Shown: positions 29,372 through 40,453, numbered from the whole stretch's first letter. The stretch: 63,737 nt of DNA, filler included, from Acetivibrio sp. (GCF_035371925.1; 5 parts of 5 records of this genome joined end to end with filler, not necessarily neighbours in it), one strand, 5' to 3'. Notes: generated by a model from the letters alone, not told the origin. Program-made: numbers and translations.

Positions 29372-29515
29372 TTATTTGGTTTTATCATCAAAACCATATA
29401 AAGCCTTTATTAAAGGAACAATTAGAATTCTTCCGGGAATGGCAATACAGTTCGTTTCTTCCTTTACTTCACGTGCCACTGCCTTGCGTGGTTCCTCATT
29501 TATTTCTACTGAGCC
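29372..29515 (-). pseudogene. Nudix hydrolase remnant
   Basis: GSVEINEEPRKAVAREVKEETN fits the Nudix box GX5EX7REUXEEX except for the terminal Gly; an in-frame stop lies directly upstream. Confidence 0.55.
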
Positions 29516-29764
29516 CTATATGCACAAATAATTATACCAGCTATATAAGCCAACTTGAATACAAATAGCCGTAAAAAGCCCTTTGCACTCAAAGTCTCAG
29601 ATATGTATAAGCTGCGTCTCTAATATCTCTTTAAATTTATCTTTTAGACCTTCAATAATCAATTAGGCTACCTATAAAAAAACGAATGGCACCAAGAAAA
29701 AATAAGATACTTATAAATCAGTAATAATTATCGCATGTCCGGAATAAAAAGGCCATAAAAACAT

Positions 29765-29807
29765 TAAAGCCATTACTTCCCATAGTTACAAGGAAGTAAT
29801 GGCTTTA
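29765..29807. terminator. Terminator hairpin downstream of the secreted protein gene
   Basis: taaagccattacttcc...ggaagtaatggcttta. Confidence 0.75.
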
Positions 29808-29821
29808 TTATTCCGCTTCTA

Positions 29822-30907
29822 TTATTCTACATAGCTTATGCTTGTGTCTACACCGATTGTACTAGTCGTACCGTCCCAAGTTATGCCAATATCAAAGGCT
29901 TTGGCTACATCTCTTAACTTGAAATAGTTGTTTCCGTTGATGTTATAAGCCGTCAGGAATATTTCTTTGCCGTCTTTATAAATCTTTGACGTGGTAGGGA
30001 TTGCAACTTTTGCTTTACCGTCACCCTTTGCCAGCTCGCCGCCTGCCGGGGTGTAAGGTTTGTTTGAGATCAGGTTGATTGCGTTGTTTGCTCCGTCCCA
30101 AGTAACTTCAAAATTCTTTTCCGTATTGTTTACGGCCTGTGCAATATCTCTTAGCTTGAAGTAGTTGTAGCCATTGATGTTATAGGCCTCAAATTCAACA
30201 ACTTTGCCGTTTACCAATACCTTGGAAGTTGTCGGGTTGACATTTACCGGAGTTGAATCTTTAGGAACCGGAGCCTCAGCCGGGGTGTCAACCGGTATAT
30301 CACCTATGTGTACGCAAAAAACACCCGGAAAACTCGAAGAAATAAGTCCATCATCTACAAGAATAAAAAAGTATTTACCCGGTTTGCTTAAGGTAGCAGT
30401 AGTACCGTCAGCAATCAACCAATCTTCCGGTGGCTCGCTATAGGTCTGTTTATTGTCAAAATTATAAACATATTCATCATAGGAATAGTATTTGGGGTCA
30501 AAGGTTGTTGGGATATCTCCCTTATAGGTAAAATAAAAAGTTCTCATTGCAGTTTTTGCAGTAATGATTACCGGTCCGGTCTCTGCATAGTATGTAGGAA
30601 CGCCGCCATTGTCATTGTAATATGCCAGAATATCTTTGACGGTTATCTCTTCATCTTCATCATAATCATAATCCACTACCATGTTAAGAGACTCAACAGG
30701 AAAATCAAAATATACTTCTGCTTCTGTTTCGCTTAATATCTCATTTTTCTTTGAAGAGATGTTTGTCAACTCAATTACAATGCTTCCTTTGTTGTTCGAA
30801 TCGCTGTACCCTCCATAAAATGTTTCGGTTGTAGCTGCAAAGGCTGTTGTAGTAAGTACAAGCAAAAATACTACGGCTACTACGGTCGATGAAAAACGTT
30901 TTCTCAT
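29822..30907 (-). CDS. Secreted protein with two C-terminal copper-amine-oxidase-N/stalk-like repeats
   Basis: Signal peptide ending TAFA; two repeats PTTSK...AYNING.NYFKLRD.A.A...TWDG; acidic Tyr-rich N-terminal domain. Confidence 0.7.
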   Translation of the reverse strand: MRKRFSSTVVAVVFLLVLTTTAFAATTETFYGGYSDSNNKGSIVIELTNISSKKNEILSETEAEVYFDFPVESLNMVVDYDYDEDEEITVKDILAYYNDNGGVPTYYAETGPVIITAKTAMRTFYFTYKGDIPTTFDPKYYSYDEYVYNFDNKQTYSEPPEDWLIADGTTATLSKPGKYFFILVDDGLISSSFPGVFCVHIGDIPVDTPAEAPVPKDSTPVNVNPTTSKVLVNGKVVEFEAYNINGYNYFKLRDIAQAVNNTEKNFEVTWDGANNAINLISNKPYTPAGGELAKGDGKAKVAIPTTSKIYKDGKEIFLTAYNINGNNYFKLRDVAKAFDIGITWDGTTSTIGVDTSISYVE

Positions 30908-31174
30908 TTAATCCTCTCCTTTTTAGTTGATAGTATTACCGCTAATATTATGCGTGCACTAATATATATCGACATCTATCGACCTTTTTTTTATAAACTC
31001 CAACCTTATTTTTAGAAATCTATGGTTTACTCATATCCCTAAATCTACCCATACCTTTGTATTTCAATTTCATTCCGCCAATAATGGAAAACTTACAGCG
31101 ATACTATTTCTACGGCATTAATGATTCATATCTTGGATTTTCTATTGCCTTTGAATATTTAATAGTGCAATATA

Positions 31175-31798
31175 CTAAAACTCAATCATTTTCCATGCTT
31201 TCAGGACTTGATTCTTTGTTTTTTTATCCAATATCTCACCGGAAAGCACATTTAAGACAAAGCTTTCTATTTCATCCGTTTTATGTTTTTCCCGAATATT
31301 TAGTAAAACGTTCAGAATATCAATCAGTATTGATTTTCTCATAGTTTCTTTAACAGCCATGATATCAAGGGAAATTAATCCTGAGGCTATTTTTTCATTC
31401 AGTTCCGGCTTTGCCGAAGCAATTTTCCCAAGCGATTGAATACACTGGCGTATAGTGATGGGCTTTTCGTCCTCAAGGAGTGCGAGATACTCGTCAATAG
31501 TCTCCTCCATTCGGTTTTCTATGTCCCACCTGGCATTTTCCGCTATAAGCATAAGCCCGATGCTTCGCTGATAGGAATTGCTACTGCTGAGCTTTTCACG
31601 AAAAGTATCCCAAAACGGATAGACATCATTAGAAAATACCGTTCTGTTCTGTAATAGGAGAAATGCCCGGTAACGAATGCTGTCGTCTTTTAACGACAAC
31701 CATTCTACCAACTGCGAAATATCATTTTTATCGAGTTCTTTTGATGCCTTCTCAAAATCGCTTGTTGGAATAGACATCATATTATCCAAATCAATCAT
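31175..31798 (-). CDS. Hypothetical alpha-helical (HEAT-repeat-like) protein
   Basis: RBS ggagg; repeats such as WLSLKDDSIRYRA, KLSSSNSYQRSIG, LLEDEKPITIRQC. Confidence 0.6.
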   Translation of the reverse strand: MIDLDNMMSIPTSDFEKASKELDKNDISQLVEWLSLKDDSIRYRAFLLLQNRTVFSNDVYPFWDTFREKLSSSNSYQRSIGLMLIAENARWDIENRMEETIDEYLALLEDEKPITIRQCIQSLGKIASAKPELNEKIASGLISLDIMAVKETMRKSILIDILNVLLNIREKHKTDEIESFVLNVLSGEILDKKTKNQVLKAWKMIEF

Positions 31799-31811
31799 AT
31801 TTTTATCCTCC

Positions 31812-31911
31812 NNNNNNNNNNNNNNNNNNNNNNNNNNNNNNNNNNNNNNNNNNNNTTAATTAATTAANNNNNNNNNNNNNNNNNNNNNNNNNNNNNNNNN
31901 NNNNNNNNNNN
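31812..31911. other. Artificial contig linker
   Basis: 44 N + TTAATTAATTAA + 44 N. Confidence 0.98.
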
Positions 31912-31971
31912 TTCTATGATTGAGTGAGAAAACGAGAGAAAAATGAAGAAATATTAGGGAGGTAATTCACT

Positions 31972-32439
31972 ATGTTAGAAATTCTTACTGGAAATTTCTT
32001 TGCAATTTTCGGAGCAGCAATAGCATTTATCTTTGCAGGTTTTGGTTCTTCAAAAGGTGTAGGCTTGGCCGGTGAAGCCGGCGCAGGTGTTCTTACCGAA
32101 GACCCGGGCAAATTCGGTCCTGTAATGGTACTTCAGGCTCTTCCCAGTACCCAGGCAATCTACGCTTTCGTTATCGCATTCCTTACCATTCAGAAAGTAG
32201 TAATGGGTGATTCTTTGTCAATTGCAGAAGGTTTTATACTCTTTGCCGGCTGTATTCCTGTTGGTTTTGTAGGCTGGATTTCAGGAATAGCCCAGGGCAG
32301 GGTTGCTGCTGCAGGAATAAACATGATTGCAAAAAGAGCAGACGGTCTCGGTAGAGCTATCATAATGGCACTTATGGTTGAGATGTTTGCTATCTTGGGA
32401 TTCATAGTGTCAATATTAATGATTGGTAAAGTAGCATAA
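31972..32439 (+). CDS. ntpK: V-type ATPase subunit K (c-ring)
   Basis: Four TM helices; LPSTQAIY, SGIAQG, MVEMFAIL. Confidence 0.93.
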   Translation: MLEILTGNFFAIFGAAIAFIFAGFGSSKGVGLAGEAGAGVLTEDPGKFGPVMVLQALPSTQAIYAFVIAFLTIQKVVMGDSLSIAEGFILFAGCIPVGFVGWISGIAQGRVAAAGINMIAKRADGLGRAIIMALMVEMFAILGFIVSILMIGKVA

Positions 32440-32466
32440 GATATTATATAAAAGGGAGTGTTCCCA

Positions 32467-33063
32467 ATGGCAGGAGTAGAAAAGATAAAAGAAAGAATAA
32501 TCGAGGAAGCACGTGCCCAGGCAGAGGCAAATATCAAACGTGCCGAAGAAGAAGCTGCAAAAATAATCGCAGCTGCTCAAAAAGAGGCAGATGCCAAAAA
32601 GGCACAAATCCTCGACAAAGCAAAAATCGAAGCCGTGGATGTGAAAAAGAGGCTTAAAGCAATGGCTGAGCTTGAGGCAAGGAAGAAAAAGCTTCAAGCA
32701 AGGCAAGAAGTTGTTGATGAAGCATTTGATAAAACCATTGAGAAATTAAAAAGCTTGCCTGACAAGGAATATGAGGAAATAATCTCCCAGATGATAGTAA
32801 ATTCCGTAGAAAGCGGGACTGAAGAGATTATACTCTCTCCTAAGGATAAGCAAAGGGTATCCTCCGGTTTTATAGAAAATATCAACAAGAAACTTTCCCA
32901 AAAAGGTATTGACGGGAAAATGAGGCTTTCTGAGGAGACCAAAAACATAAGCGGAGGCTTTATATTAAAGTCCGGTGATGTTGAAATAAACAACTCCTTC
33001 GAAGCAATAATAAGAATGAAAAGAGAAGAAGTAGAGGCCCAAGTTATAAAAGCGCTGTTCTAA
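32467..33063 (+). CDS. ntpE: V-type ATPase subunit E
   Basis: GVEKIKERIIEEA coiled coil, SGGFIL..GDVEINNSFE; operon position. Confidence 0.9.
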   Translation: MAGVEKIKERIIEEARAQAEANIKRAEEEAAKIIAAAQKEADAKKAQILDKAKIEAVDVKKRLKAMAELEARKKKLQARQEVVDEAFDKTIEKLKSLPDKEYEEIISQMIVNSVESGTEEIILSPKDKQRVSSGFIENINKKLSQKGIDGKMRLSEETKNISGGFILKSGDVEINNSFEAIIRMKREEVEAQVIKALF

Positions 33064-33099
33064 AGCTTCTTAAAATTTGCCAAGAAGGAGGGGTGAAAA

Positions 33100-34119
33100 T
33101 TGCCAAAGCCTAAGAAAATCGATGAAACAAAATATGTATATGCAGTCTCTAGGATACGTGCCATTGAAAAACGGCTTTTAGATAAAATAAAGCTTGACAG
33201 GATGGTGGAAGCAAAGTCCGCGGATGAATCATTAAGAGTCTTGCTTGAAGCCGGATACGGCAGTGGAGACAGTGATGTAAAAAGCGTATTTGAATATGAA
33301 AGCATTTTAAAGGAAGAGCACAACAAAGTGTACAGCCTTTTAAATGAGCTTGCTCCTGAAAAGGATATTATAAATATGTTTTTGCTTGCAAATGACTACC
33401 ATAATATAAAGGTAATCCTAAAGGCAGAGTTCTCCAATCAGGACGAGACTTCCCTCTTGATTGAACCGGGCTCCGTTCCTGCTAACGAGCTGAAGCTTAT
33501 GATAAAGGACAGAAATATGTCGAAAATGCCTCCCATTATGAAAAAAGCAGTGGAGGAAGCCATAGACACCTATAGCAGGACCAATGACCCCCAGGTTATA
33601 GACCTGATTTTGGACAAGGCTAACTATGCTCATATGAAGAGTATTTCAGCCTCTTTGGACAATAAGTTTGTAAATGAGCTGATTGTTACGTTGATTGACC
33701 TTAGAAATATTAATATTTTTCTTAGGGTTAAAAACTTAAAAAAATCATGGGATTTTCTCCAAAAGGTTCTTATTCCGGGCGGATACATCGACACTAAAGT
33801 TTTTATTCAAAACTTTGACACACCCATAGAAAACCTTGTCGAAGCACTCAGGTTCACCAAGTACGGTCCCTTGCTGGAGGATGGAATTGAAAGCTTTAGG
33901 AGTACGGGAAGTCTTACAAAGTTTGAAAAGCTGTCGGACAACTTTATAACCTCTTATGTCAAAAAATCAAAACTCATTACCTTTGGCATTGAGCCTTTGA
34001 TAGGATACCTTATGGCAAAGGAAACCGAGATTAAAAATGCAAGAATCATTATGGTAGGTAAAATAAACAATATTTCTAATGATGTCATTAGGGAAAGGCT
34101 GAGAGAGTCTTATGTATAA
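33100..34119 (+). CDS. ntpC: V-type ATPase subunit C
   Basis: YAVSRIRAIE, DYHNIK, FGIEPLIGY..AKETEIKNARII. Confidence 0.92.
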   Translation: MPKPKKIDETKYVYAVSRIRAIEKRLLDKIKLDRMVEAKSADESLRVLLEAGYGSGDSDVKSVFEYESILKEEHNKVYSLLNELAPEKDIINMFLLANDYHNIKVILKAEFSNQDETSLLIEPGSVPANELKLMIKDRNMSKMPPIMKKAVEEAIDTYSRTNDPQVIDLILDKANYAHMKSISASLDNKFVNELIVTLIDLRNINIFLRVKNLKKSWDFLQKVLIPGGYIDTKVFIQNFDTPIENLVEALRFTKYGPLLEDGIESFRSTGSLTKFEKLSDNFITSYVKKSKLITFGIEPLIGYLMAKETEIKNARIIMVGKINNISNDVIRERLRESYV

Positions 34120-34432
34120 AATAGGTGTTGTTGGAGACAAAGACAGTATCTTAGGGTTTAAAGCCCTTGGCATGTCGGTATTCCCCGTTACAAGCGCTAT
34201 AGAGGCCCAAGAGACGATTGACAAAATTGCCTCCATGCAATATGCAGTTATATACATTACGGAGCAGTTTGCAAAGGACATCGTCTCTACAATAGAAAAA
34301 TACAAGGACCAAAGATTACCTGCCATTATACCCATTCCAAGCAATCAGGGTCCTTTGGGTATTGGCATGATGAATGTCAAGAAAAGCGTGGAACGCGCTG
34401 TGGGTGCTGACATACTTTTTAAAGATGAATAA
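34112..34432 (+). CDS. ntpF: V-type ATPase subunit F
   Basis: KIGVVGDKDSILGF, PAIIPIP, VERAVGADI. Confidence 0.93.
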   Translation: MYKIGVVGDKDSILGFKALGMSVFPVTSAIEAQETIDKIASMQYAVIYITEQFAKDIVSTIEKYKDQRLPAIIPIPSNQGPLGIGMMNVKKSVERAVGADILFKDE

Positions 34433-34482
34433 TTCTTGTTTGACTTTGAGGTTAAAACTTTTTTTGAAAGAAGGGATAAAAC

Positions 34483-36252
34483 GTGAGCCAGGGAACAATA
34501 GTTAAAGTCTCCGGGCCTTTGGTAATTGCCGAGGGCATGAGAGATGCAAATATGTTTGACGTTGTGCGTGTAAGCGAACATCGTTTGATTGGCGAAATAA
34601 TTGAAATGCACGGTGACCGTGCTTCCATTCAGGTATACGAAGAAACAGCCGGCTTGGGTCCCGGTGAACCGGTGGTTTCTACCGGTGCGCCTCTGAGCGT
34701 TGAGCTGGGACCCGGACTTATCGAGAATATTTTTGACGGTATTCAAAGACCTCTTGAGAAAATGAGGGAAATGGTAGGCAGCAATATAACAAGAGGTATT
34801 GATGTTACTCCCCTTGACAGAAAGAAAAAGTGGGAATTTAAACCTACTGTAAAAAAAGGAGATAAAGTGGCTTCCGGCGACATTATAGGAAAAGTTCAGG
34901 AAACTTCCATCGTAGAGCACAGGATAATGGTGCCCTATGGAGTTGAGGGAACAATTGAGGAAATAAAGAGCGGAAGCTTCACCGTGGAAGAAACCGTTGC
35001 AAAGGTTAAAACTGCAAACAACGAGTTGATTGATATTTGCATGATGCAGAAATGGCCAGTACGTATCGGCCGCCCGTATAAAGAGAAGCTCCCCCCTAAC
35101 TCTCCCCTTGTTACAGGTCAAAGGGTTATAGACACTCTCTTCCCTTTGGCCAAAGGCGGAGTTGCAGCCGTACCGGGTCCTTTCGGAAGCGGTAAAACGG
35201 TAGTTCAGCATCAGCTTGCAAAATGGGCCGATGCCGAAATAGTTATCTATATAGGCTGCGGAGAGCGCGGAAACGAAATGACCGACGTTTTAAAGGAATT
35301 CCCGGAGCTTAAAGACCCAAGGACCGGCGAGTCCCTTATGAAGAGAACCGTTCTTATAGCAAACACATCAGACATGCCTGTTGCTGCCAGAGAAGCATCC
35401 ATTTATACAGGTATGACTATTGCAGAATATTTCAGGGATATGGGCTATAGTGTGGCGTTAATGGCAGACTCCACTTCCCGTTGGGCGGAAGCATTAAGAG
35501 AAATGTCCGGCCGACTCGAAGAAATGCCCGGTGAAGAAGGTTATCCGGCATATCTTGGTTCAAGACTTGCCCAGTTCTATGAAAGGGCAGGAAGAGTTGT
35601 ATGCCTTGGCTCTGAAGGAAGAGAAGGAGCCCTTACCGCCATCGGTGCCGTATCTCCTCCGGGTGGAGACCTTTCCGAACCTGTTACACAGGCAACACTT
35701 CGAATTATCAAAGTGTTCTGGGGACTTGATTCAAGCCTTGCCTACAGGCGTCACTTCCCTGCAATCAACTGGCTGCAAAGCTACTCGCTGTATCTTGATA
35801 TAATAGGCCAGTGGATTAACGAGAATATCTCAAGAGACTGGGATTCTATGAGGTCTGACACTATGCGTATTCTGCAAGAAGAAGCGGAACTTGAGGAAAT
35901 TGTTCGCTTGGTCGGTGTTGACGCCCTGTCACCAGCCGACAGGCTTACTCTCGAAGCCGCCAAATCGATACGTGAAGACTATCTTCACCAAAATGCCTTC
36001 CATGAGGTAGATACCTACACCTCATTGAACAAGCAGTACAGAATGCTAAAACTCATACTGGGATTCTATTACAGCGGTAAAAAAGCGTTAGATGCAGGGG
36101 TAAGCATTAAAGAGCTGTTTGAGCTTCCTGTCAGGGAAAAAATCGGAAGAGCTAAATACACACCTGAAAATCAGGTAAACAGTCATTTCAATGAAATTGA
36201 AAAAGAACTTAATGATCAAATAGAAGCCCTCATCTCAAAGGAGGTGCAATAA
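34483..36252 (+). CDS. ntpA: V-type ATPase subunit A (catalytic)
   Basis: Walker [31 protein letters not shown]. Confidence 0.96.
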   Translation: MSQGTIVKVSGPLVIAEGMRDANMFDVVRVSEHRLIGEIIEMHGDRASIQVYEETAGLGPGEPVVSTGAPLSVELGPGLIENIFDGIQRPLEKMREMVGSNITRGIDVTPLDRKKKWEFKPTVKKGDKVASGDIIGKVQETSIVEHRIMVPYGVEGTIEEIKSGSFTVEETVAKVKTANNELIDICMMQKWPVRIGRPYKEKLPPNSPLVTGQRVIDTLFPLAKGGVAAVPGPFGSGKTVVQHQLAKWADAEIVIYIGCGERGNEMTDVLKEFPELKDPRTGESLMKRTVLIANTSDMPVAAREASIYTGMTIAEYFRDMGYSVALMADSTSRWAEALREMSGRLEEMPGEEGYPAYLGSRLAQFYERAGRVVCLGSEGREGALTAIGAVSPPGGDLSEPVTQATLRIIKVFWGLDSSLAYRRHFPAINWLQSYSLYLDIIGQWINENISRDWDSMRSDTMRILQEEAELEEIVRLVGVDALSPADRLTLEAAKSIREDYLHQNAFHEVDTYTSLNKQYRMLKLILGFYYSGKKALDAGVSIKELFELPVREKIGRAKYTPENQVNSHFNEIEKELNDQIEALISKEVQ

Positions 36253-36253
36253 G

Positions 36254-37636
36254 ATGCTGAAGGAGTATAGAACAATAAACGAAGTAGCCGGTCCTCTGAT
36301 GCTTGTGCAGAAGGTTGAAGGTGTAAAATACGGCGAACTCGGTGAAATAGAACTGGCAAACGGTGAAATCAGAAGATGTAAAGTATTGGAAGTTAACGGT
36401 GATAACGCACTGGTTCAGCTTTTTGAAAGCTCAACAGGTATAAACGTTGCTACAAGTAAAGTAAGATTTTTAGGAAGAAGTATTGAGCTTCCCGTATCAA
36501 TGGATATGCTGGGAAGAGTATTTAGCGGTATGGGCAAGCCCTTGGACGGCGGTCCCAACATTATCCCCGACAAAAGGCTTGACATCAACGGTCTTCCTAT
36601 GAATCCGGCAGCAAGAAACTATCCTTCGGAGTTTATTCAGACCGGAGTTTCAGCCATTGACGGACTGAATACCTTGGTTCGCGGTCAGAAGCTCCCCATA
36701 TTCTCCGGTTCGGGTCTTCCCCATGCCCAGCTTGCAGCGCAGATTGCAAGGCAGGCAAAGGTTTTGGGTACGGACAGTAAATTTGCCGTTGTGTTTGCAG
36801 CTGTTGGTATTACCTTTGAGGAAGCTGACTTCTTTATCAGTGACTTTAAGAGAACCGGTGCCATAGACCGTACTGTTCTTTTTATCAACCTGGCAAATGA
36901 CCCTGCCATCGAACGTATTTCAACTCCCCGTATGGCTCTTACAGCTGCGGAATACCTTGCTTTTGAGAAAGACATGCACGTACTCGTTATAATCACCGAC
37001 ATAACCAACTACGCAGAGGCGCTGCGTGAAGTATCTGCCGCAAGAAAGGAAGTTCCCGGCAGAAGAGGTTATCCGGGCTACCTTTATACAGACCTTGCTA
37101 CAATATACGAAAGAGCCGGAAGAAAGATTGACAGTGAGGGAAGTATCACCCTGATTCCGATACTTACAATGCCTGAGGATGACAAGACCCATCCTATCCC
37201 CGACCTCACCGGATATATAACCGAGGGTCAGATTATTCTAAGCAGAGAGCTTCACCGTAAGGGCATAACCCCTCCAATAGACGTACTACCATCCCTTTCC
37301 CGTCTTAAAGACAAGGGAATCGGAAAAGGCAAAACCCGTGAAGACCATGCGGATACAATGAACCAGCTTTTTGCAGCTTACGCAAGGGGTAAGGAAGCAA
37401 AGGAATTGGCTGTAATCCTCGGAGATGCCGCCCTTTCCGATACGGATAAGCTGTATGCGAAATTTGCGGATGCCTTCGAAAAAGAATATGTATCCCAAGG
37501 CTTTAATGAGGACAGAACCATTGAAAAAACTCTTGAAATCGGCTGGAAGCTGCTTTCAATACTGCCTAGAGCAGAGCTTAAGCGTATCCGGGATGAATAC
37601 CTTGACAAGTATTTGCCTAAAGCATCGGAGAATTAA
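36254..37636 (+). CDS. ntpB: V-type ATPase subunit B
   Basis: [33 protein letters not shown]. Confidence 0.96.
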   Translation: MLKEYRTINEVAGPLMLVQKVEGVKYGELGEIELANGEIRRCKVLEVNGDNALVQLFESSTGINVATSKVRFLGRSIELPVSMDMLGRVFSGMGKPLDGGPNIIPDKRLDINGLPMNPAARNYPSEFIQTGVSAIDGLNTLVRGQKLPIFSGSGLPHAQLAAQIARQAKVLGTDSKFAVVFAAVGITFEEADFFISDFKRTGAIDRTVLFINLANDPAIERISTPRMALTAAEYLAFEKDMHVLVIITDITNYAEALREVSAARKEVPGRRGYPGYLYTDLATIYERAGRKIDSEGSITLIPILTMPEDDKTHPIPDLTGYITEGQIILSRELHRKGITPPIDVLPSLSRLKDKGIGKGKTREDHADTMNQLFAAYARGKEAKELAVILGDAALSDTDKLYAKFADAFEKEYVSQGFNEDRTIEKTLEIGWKLLSILPRAELKRIRDEYLDKYLPKASEN

Positions 37637-37754
37637 CAGCCTTTGCTTGTAAAGATGCTTTATTTAGGTTATTGTTTAGTCCCGAGCTTTTATTTTCAAA
37701 CTCAAGAAGAAGGTTTATAGCTGGCTTCTTAATATATTTAAGGAGAGAATTACT

Positions 37755-38423
37755 ATGGCAATTATGCGTGTAAACCCGACCAGAATGGAGCTTACCCGAC
37801 TCAAGAAACGGCTGCAGGTTGCCCGCAGAGGCCACAAACTGCTAAAGGATAAGCTTGATGAGCTCATGAAGCAGTTTCTTGACCTGGTAAGAAAAAACAA
37901 GGAGCTCCGCGAAAAGGTTGAAGAAATGCTGATGAAAGTTCACCAGGACTTTCTCATAGCCAGGGCCGTTATGTCATCAGAAGGCCTTGATGCTGCACTC
38001 ATGCTTCCAAAGCAAAACATAAGCCTTGATGTGTCAACGCAGAATATTATGAGTGTGGAAGTTCCTGTGCTGAATTTCACCACTTCAAGCTCCGACGAAA
38101 GCGATATATATCCTTACGGATTTGCCTCGACTTCCGGAGAACTCGACGGTGCCATCTCAACCCTTTCCCAGGTGCTTCCGTACATGCTTGAGCTTGCGCA
38201 GATGGAGAAATCATCCCAGCTTCTTGCCCAGGAAATCGAAAAAACAAGAAGAAGGGTTAACGCCCTTGAATATGTTATGATACCTCAGTTGACGGAAACA
38301 ATAAAGTATATATCCATGAAGCTGGACGAAAATGAAAGAGGAAACATCACAAGACTCATGAAGGTCAAGGACATGATGTTGGAGCAAGCCCATAATTATG
38401 AAGCAAAACTTAACGGTGCTTAA
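37755..38423 (+). CDS. ntpD: V-type ATPase subunit D
   Basis: [38 protein letters not shown]. Confidence 0.95.
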   Translation: MAIMRVNPTRMELTRLKKRLQVARRGHKLLKDKLDELMKQFLDLVRKNKELREKVEEMLMKVHQDFLIARAVMSSEGLDAALMLPKQNISLDVSTQNIMSVEVPVLNFTTSSSDESDIYPYGFASTSGELDGAISTLSQVLPYMLELAQMEKSSQLLAQEIEKTRRRVNALEYVMIPQLTETIKYISMKLDENERGNITRLMKVKDMMLEQAHNYEAKLNGA

Positions 38424-38434
38424 GAGTAAAGTAA

Positions 38435-38478
38435 AAACCGCCTGCCAATGAAATTATCTTAAAACTGGCAGGCGGTTT
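38435..38478. terminator. Bidirectional terminator between ntpD and the ABC-F gene
   Basis: aaaccgcctgcca...tggcaggcggttt. Confidence 0.8.
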
Positions 38479-38480
38479 GA

Positions 38481-40103
38481 TTATTTATTCCCCAGCATAG
38501 CCGCAAGACGCATATATTCCTCTTCCAGAGCCTCTTTGTCTGCTCCGGGAGCTGACAGCTTTGCTGCAATTTCAGCCATTTTCATTCTGATTAAAATCTT
38601 TTCAGTCTCATCTTTTGCCTTTTTAGGAGTTTCATTTCTCCTTTGGCCATACTCCTCAAAATTTCCTTCAAACTCCGTTATAGTATGGTTTTCAATAACA
38701 AGCAAGCGGTCGGCAACAGCATTTACAAAGGCACTGTCATGGGAGACAAAAAGAACTGTTCCCTCATATTCGCAAAGAACACTCTCCAAGGCTTCCATAG
38801 AGCTCATATCAAGATAGTTGGTGGGTTCATCCAAAATAAGAACATTGGCATCGGAGACAAAGAGCTTTGCAAAAGATACCTTTACCCTCTCCCCTCCGCT
38901 TAGGCACCCCACCTTTTTGTCTACATCATCATTTTTTATTAGCAGGCGTGCCAGTATTGTTCTTGCCACAGTCTGATTCTGGACACTGTCTTTCATCACA
39001 TTTTCCAGTACGGACTTATCATAGTCGAGATTTTCAAAGTCTTGATGAAAATATCCAATTTTTACTTTGGGCACTACATATATGCTCCTGTCGGCTTTTT
39101 GGCAAATCAGGTTCAGCAATGTGCTTTTTCCTGCCCCGTTTTCGCCCCACAGGGCAGTTTTTGAACCGTTTAGCACCTTAAATCCGGCTTTGTCGAATAT
39201 TTTCCTATCTCCATAGCTGAAAGATAGCCTGTCGGCAGAGATAACAACCTTGTTTTCCGGCGGATTGGTCAGGGAAAAATCCAGCTTGATTTTCGGTATC
39301 TCCTTTGGTTTTTCCTTTACCTCAAGCTTTTCAAGGCGGGTTTTTAGGCTGTTTACTTTGTTATTGATTTTCTCTTGCTTTTGTGTGGTTTCCCTTTTGT
39401 GAAGCCTCGCCTCGGAATTCCCCATTCTTTTTGGAGTTTTCCTCATGGATTTCGCCAAATTTTTTCTGTCTATTATTGCCTCCTCAATACTTGTCTTTTC
39501 TTCGATATATTTTTCGTACTCAAAAATCTCACGATTATACTCCATCTCCCTTTGCTTCTTATAGAAGGAGTAATTGCCGTTATAAAACTTTAGTTTCCCG
39601 TCCCTTACCTCAATTATTTTATTGCAAAGGCTGTCAAGTAAATCCCTGTCATGGCTTATGAGCAAAAAGGATTCCACGCTTTGAAGTTTTTGCTTTAAAA
39701 GCTCAATGCCTTTATAATCAAGATTTGCCGTAGGTTCATCCGCAAACACCAAAATTTTTTCGCCATTAAAGGCATTGGCAATTTTTATTCTGGTTTTTTC
39801 TCCCCCGCTAAAGACCTTTTGATGCACCTTTTGAGACAAGTCAAATTCCTTTAAAAGCTTTTTATCCGCACAAATGCTTTCGTCGGAAAACTGGCGGATA
39901 TATGCTATATCGCAAAACTGTCTTACAAATCCCTCGTCCGGTTCTATTTCCTTTGCCAGAATATTTAAAAGCGTAGTCTTACCGGAACCGTTTTGACCTA
40001 TTATCCCGATTTTGTCCCCGGAATAAATCTTTAAATCATCAATCTCAATTATAAGCCTGTCACTATAGTACTTCTTTATATTATGAGCTTCCAATATAAG
40101 CAT
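38481..40103 (-). CDS. ABC-F family ribosomal protection-like ATPase (start ATG 40103)
   Basis: Two NBDs (GQNGSGKT, FSGGE; GENGAGKS, LSGGE), interdomain linker ending MGNSEARLHK, no TM segments. Confidence 0.88.
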   Translation of the reverse strand: MLILEAHNIKKYYSDRLIIEIDDLKIYSGDKIGIIGQNGSGKTTLLNILAKEIEPDEGFVRQFCDIAYIRQFSDESICADKKLLKEFDLSQKVHQKVFSGGEKTRIKIANAFNGEKILVFADEPTANLDYKGIELLKQKLQSVESFLLISHDRDLLDSLCNKIIEVRDGKLKFYNGNYSFYKKQREMEYNREIFEYEKYIEEKTSIEEAIIDRKNLAKSMRKTPKRMGNSEARLHKRETTQKQEKINNKVNSLKTRLEKLEVKEKPKEIPKIKLDFSLTNPPENKVVISADRLSFSYGDRKIFDKAGFKVLNGSKTALWGENGAGKSTLLNLICQKADRSIYVVPKVKIGYFHQDFENLDYDKSVLENVMKDSVQNQTVARTILARLLIKNDDVDKKVGCLSGGERVKVSFAKLFVSDANVLILDEPTNYLDMSSMEALESVLCEYEGTVLFVSHDSAFVNAVADRLLVIENHTITEFEGNFEEYGQRRNETPKKAKDETEKILIRMKMAEIAAKLSAPGADKEALEEEYMRLAAMLGNK

Positions 40104-40371
40104 AAAAAAATCTCTCCTTCCACTTTTTTCAGTGTGCCGGAAAGATATAAATAGCATAATACCTGCAAAAGCAGCAAGGCATTAACTGCATAGCAAAAAT
40201 ATTTATAGCTAATCCGGCACAAAACAAGAGCAGTATGCTCCATCTTTAAAAAAAATAAAGTGTTTTTTGCCAAATTAGCCAATGATCATCGTTAAAATAC
40301 CTTGCCCTTTCTTCAATATTTAATTATATTTTACCCAATTTTATAAATTAAATCAATATCTCTGTTAAACT

Positions 40372-40415
40372 AAAAATCCCCTCCGGACGGGGATTTCAAT
40401 CCGGAAGGGATTTTT
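40372..40415 (-). terminator. Terminator of double-dockerin gene copy 1 (duplicated at 41289-41333)
   Basis: aaaaatcccctccgga...tccggaagggattttt. Confidence 0.75.
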
Positions 40416-40453
40416 GCCATGCTGCTGGTTATTTTATACTTTAGCTTTTAGTT

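Noticed and set aside
34345..35211. Long antisense ORFs (34345-35211 and 44621-45448)
   Set aside because: Shadows of well-supported genes on the opposite strand, with no motifs or RBS
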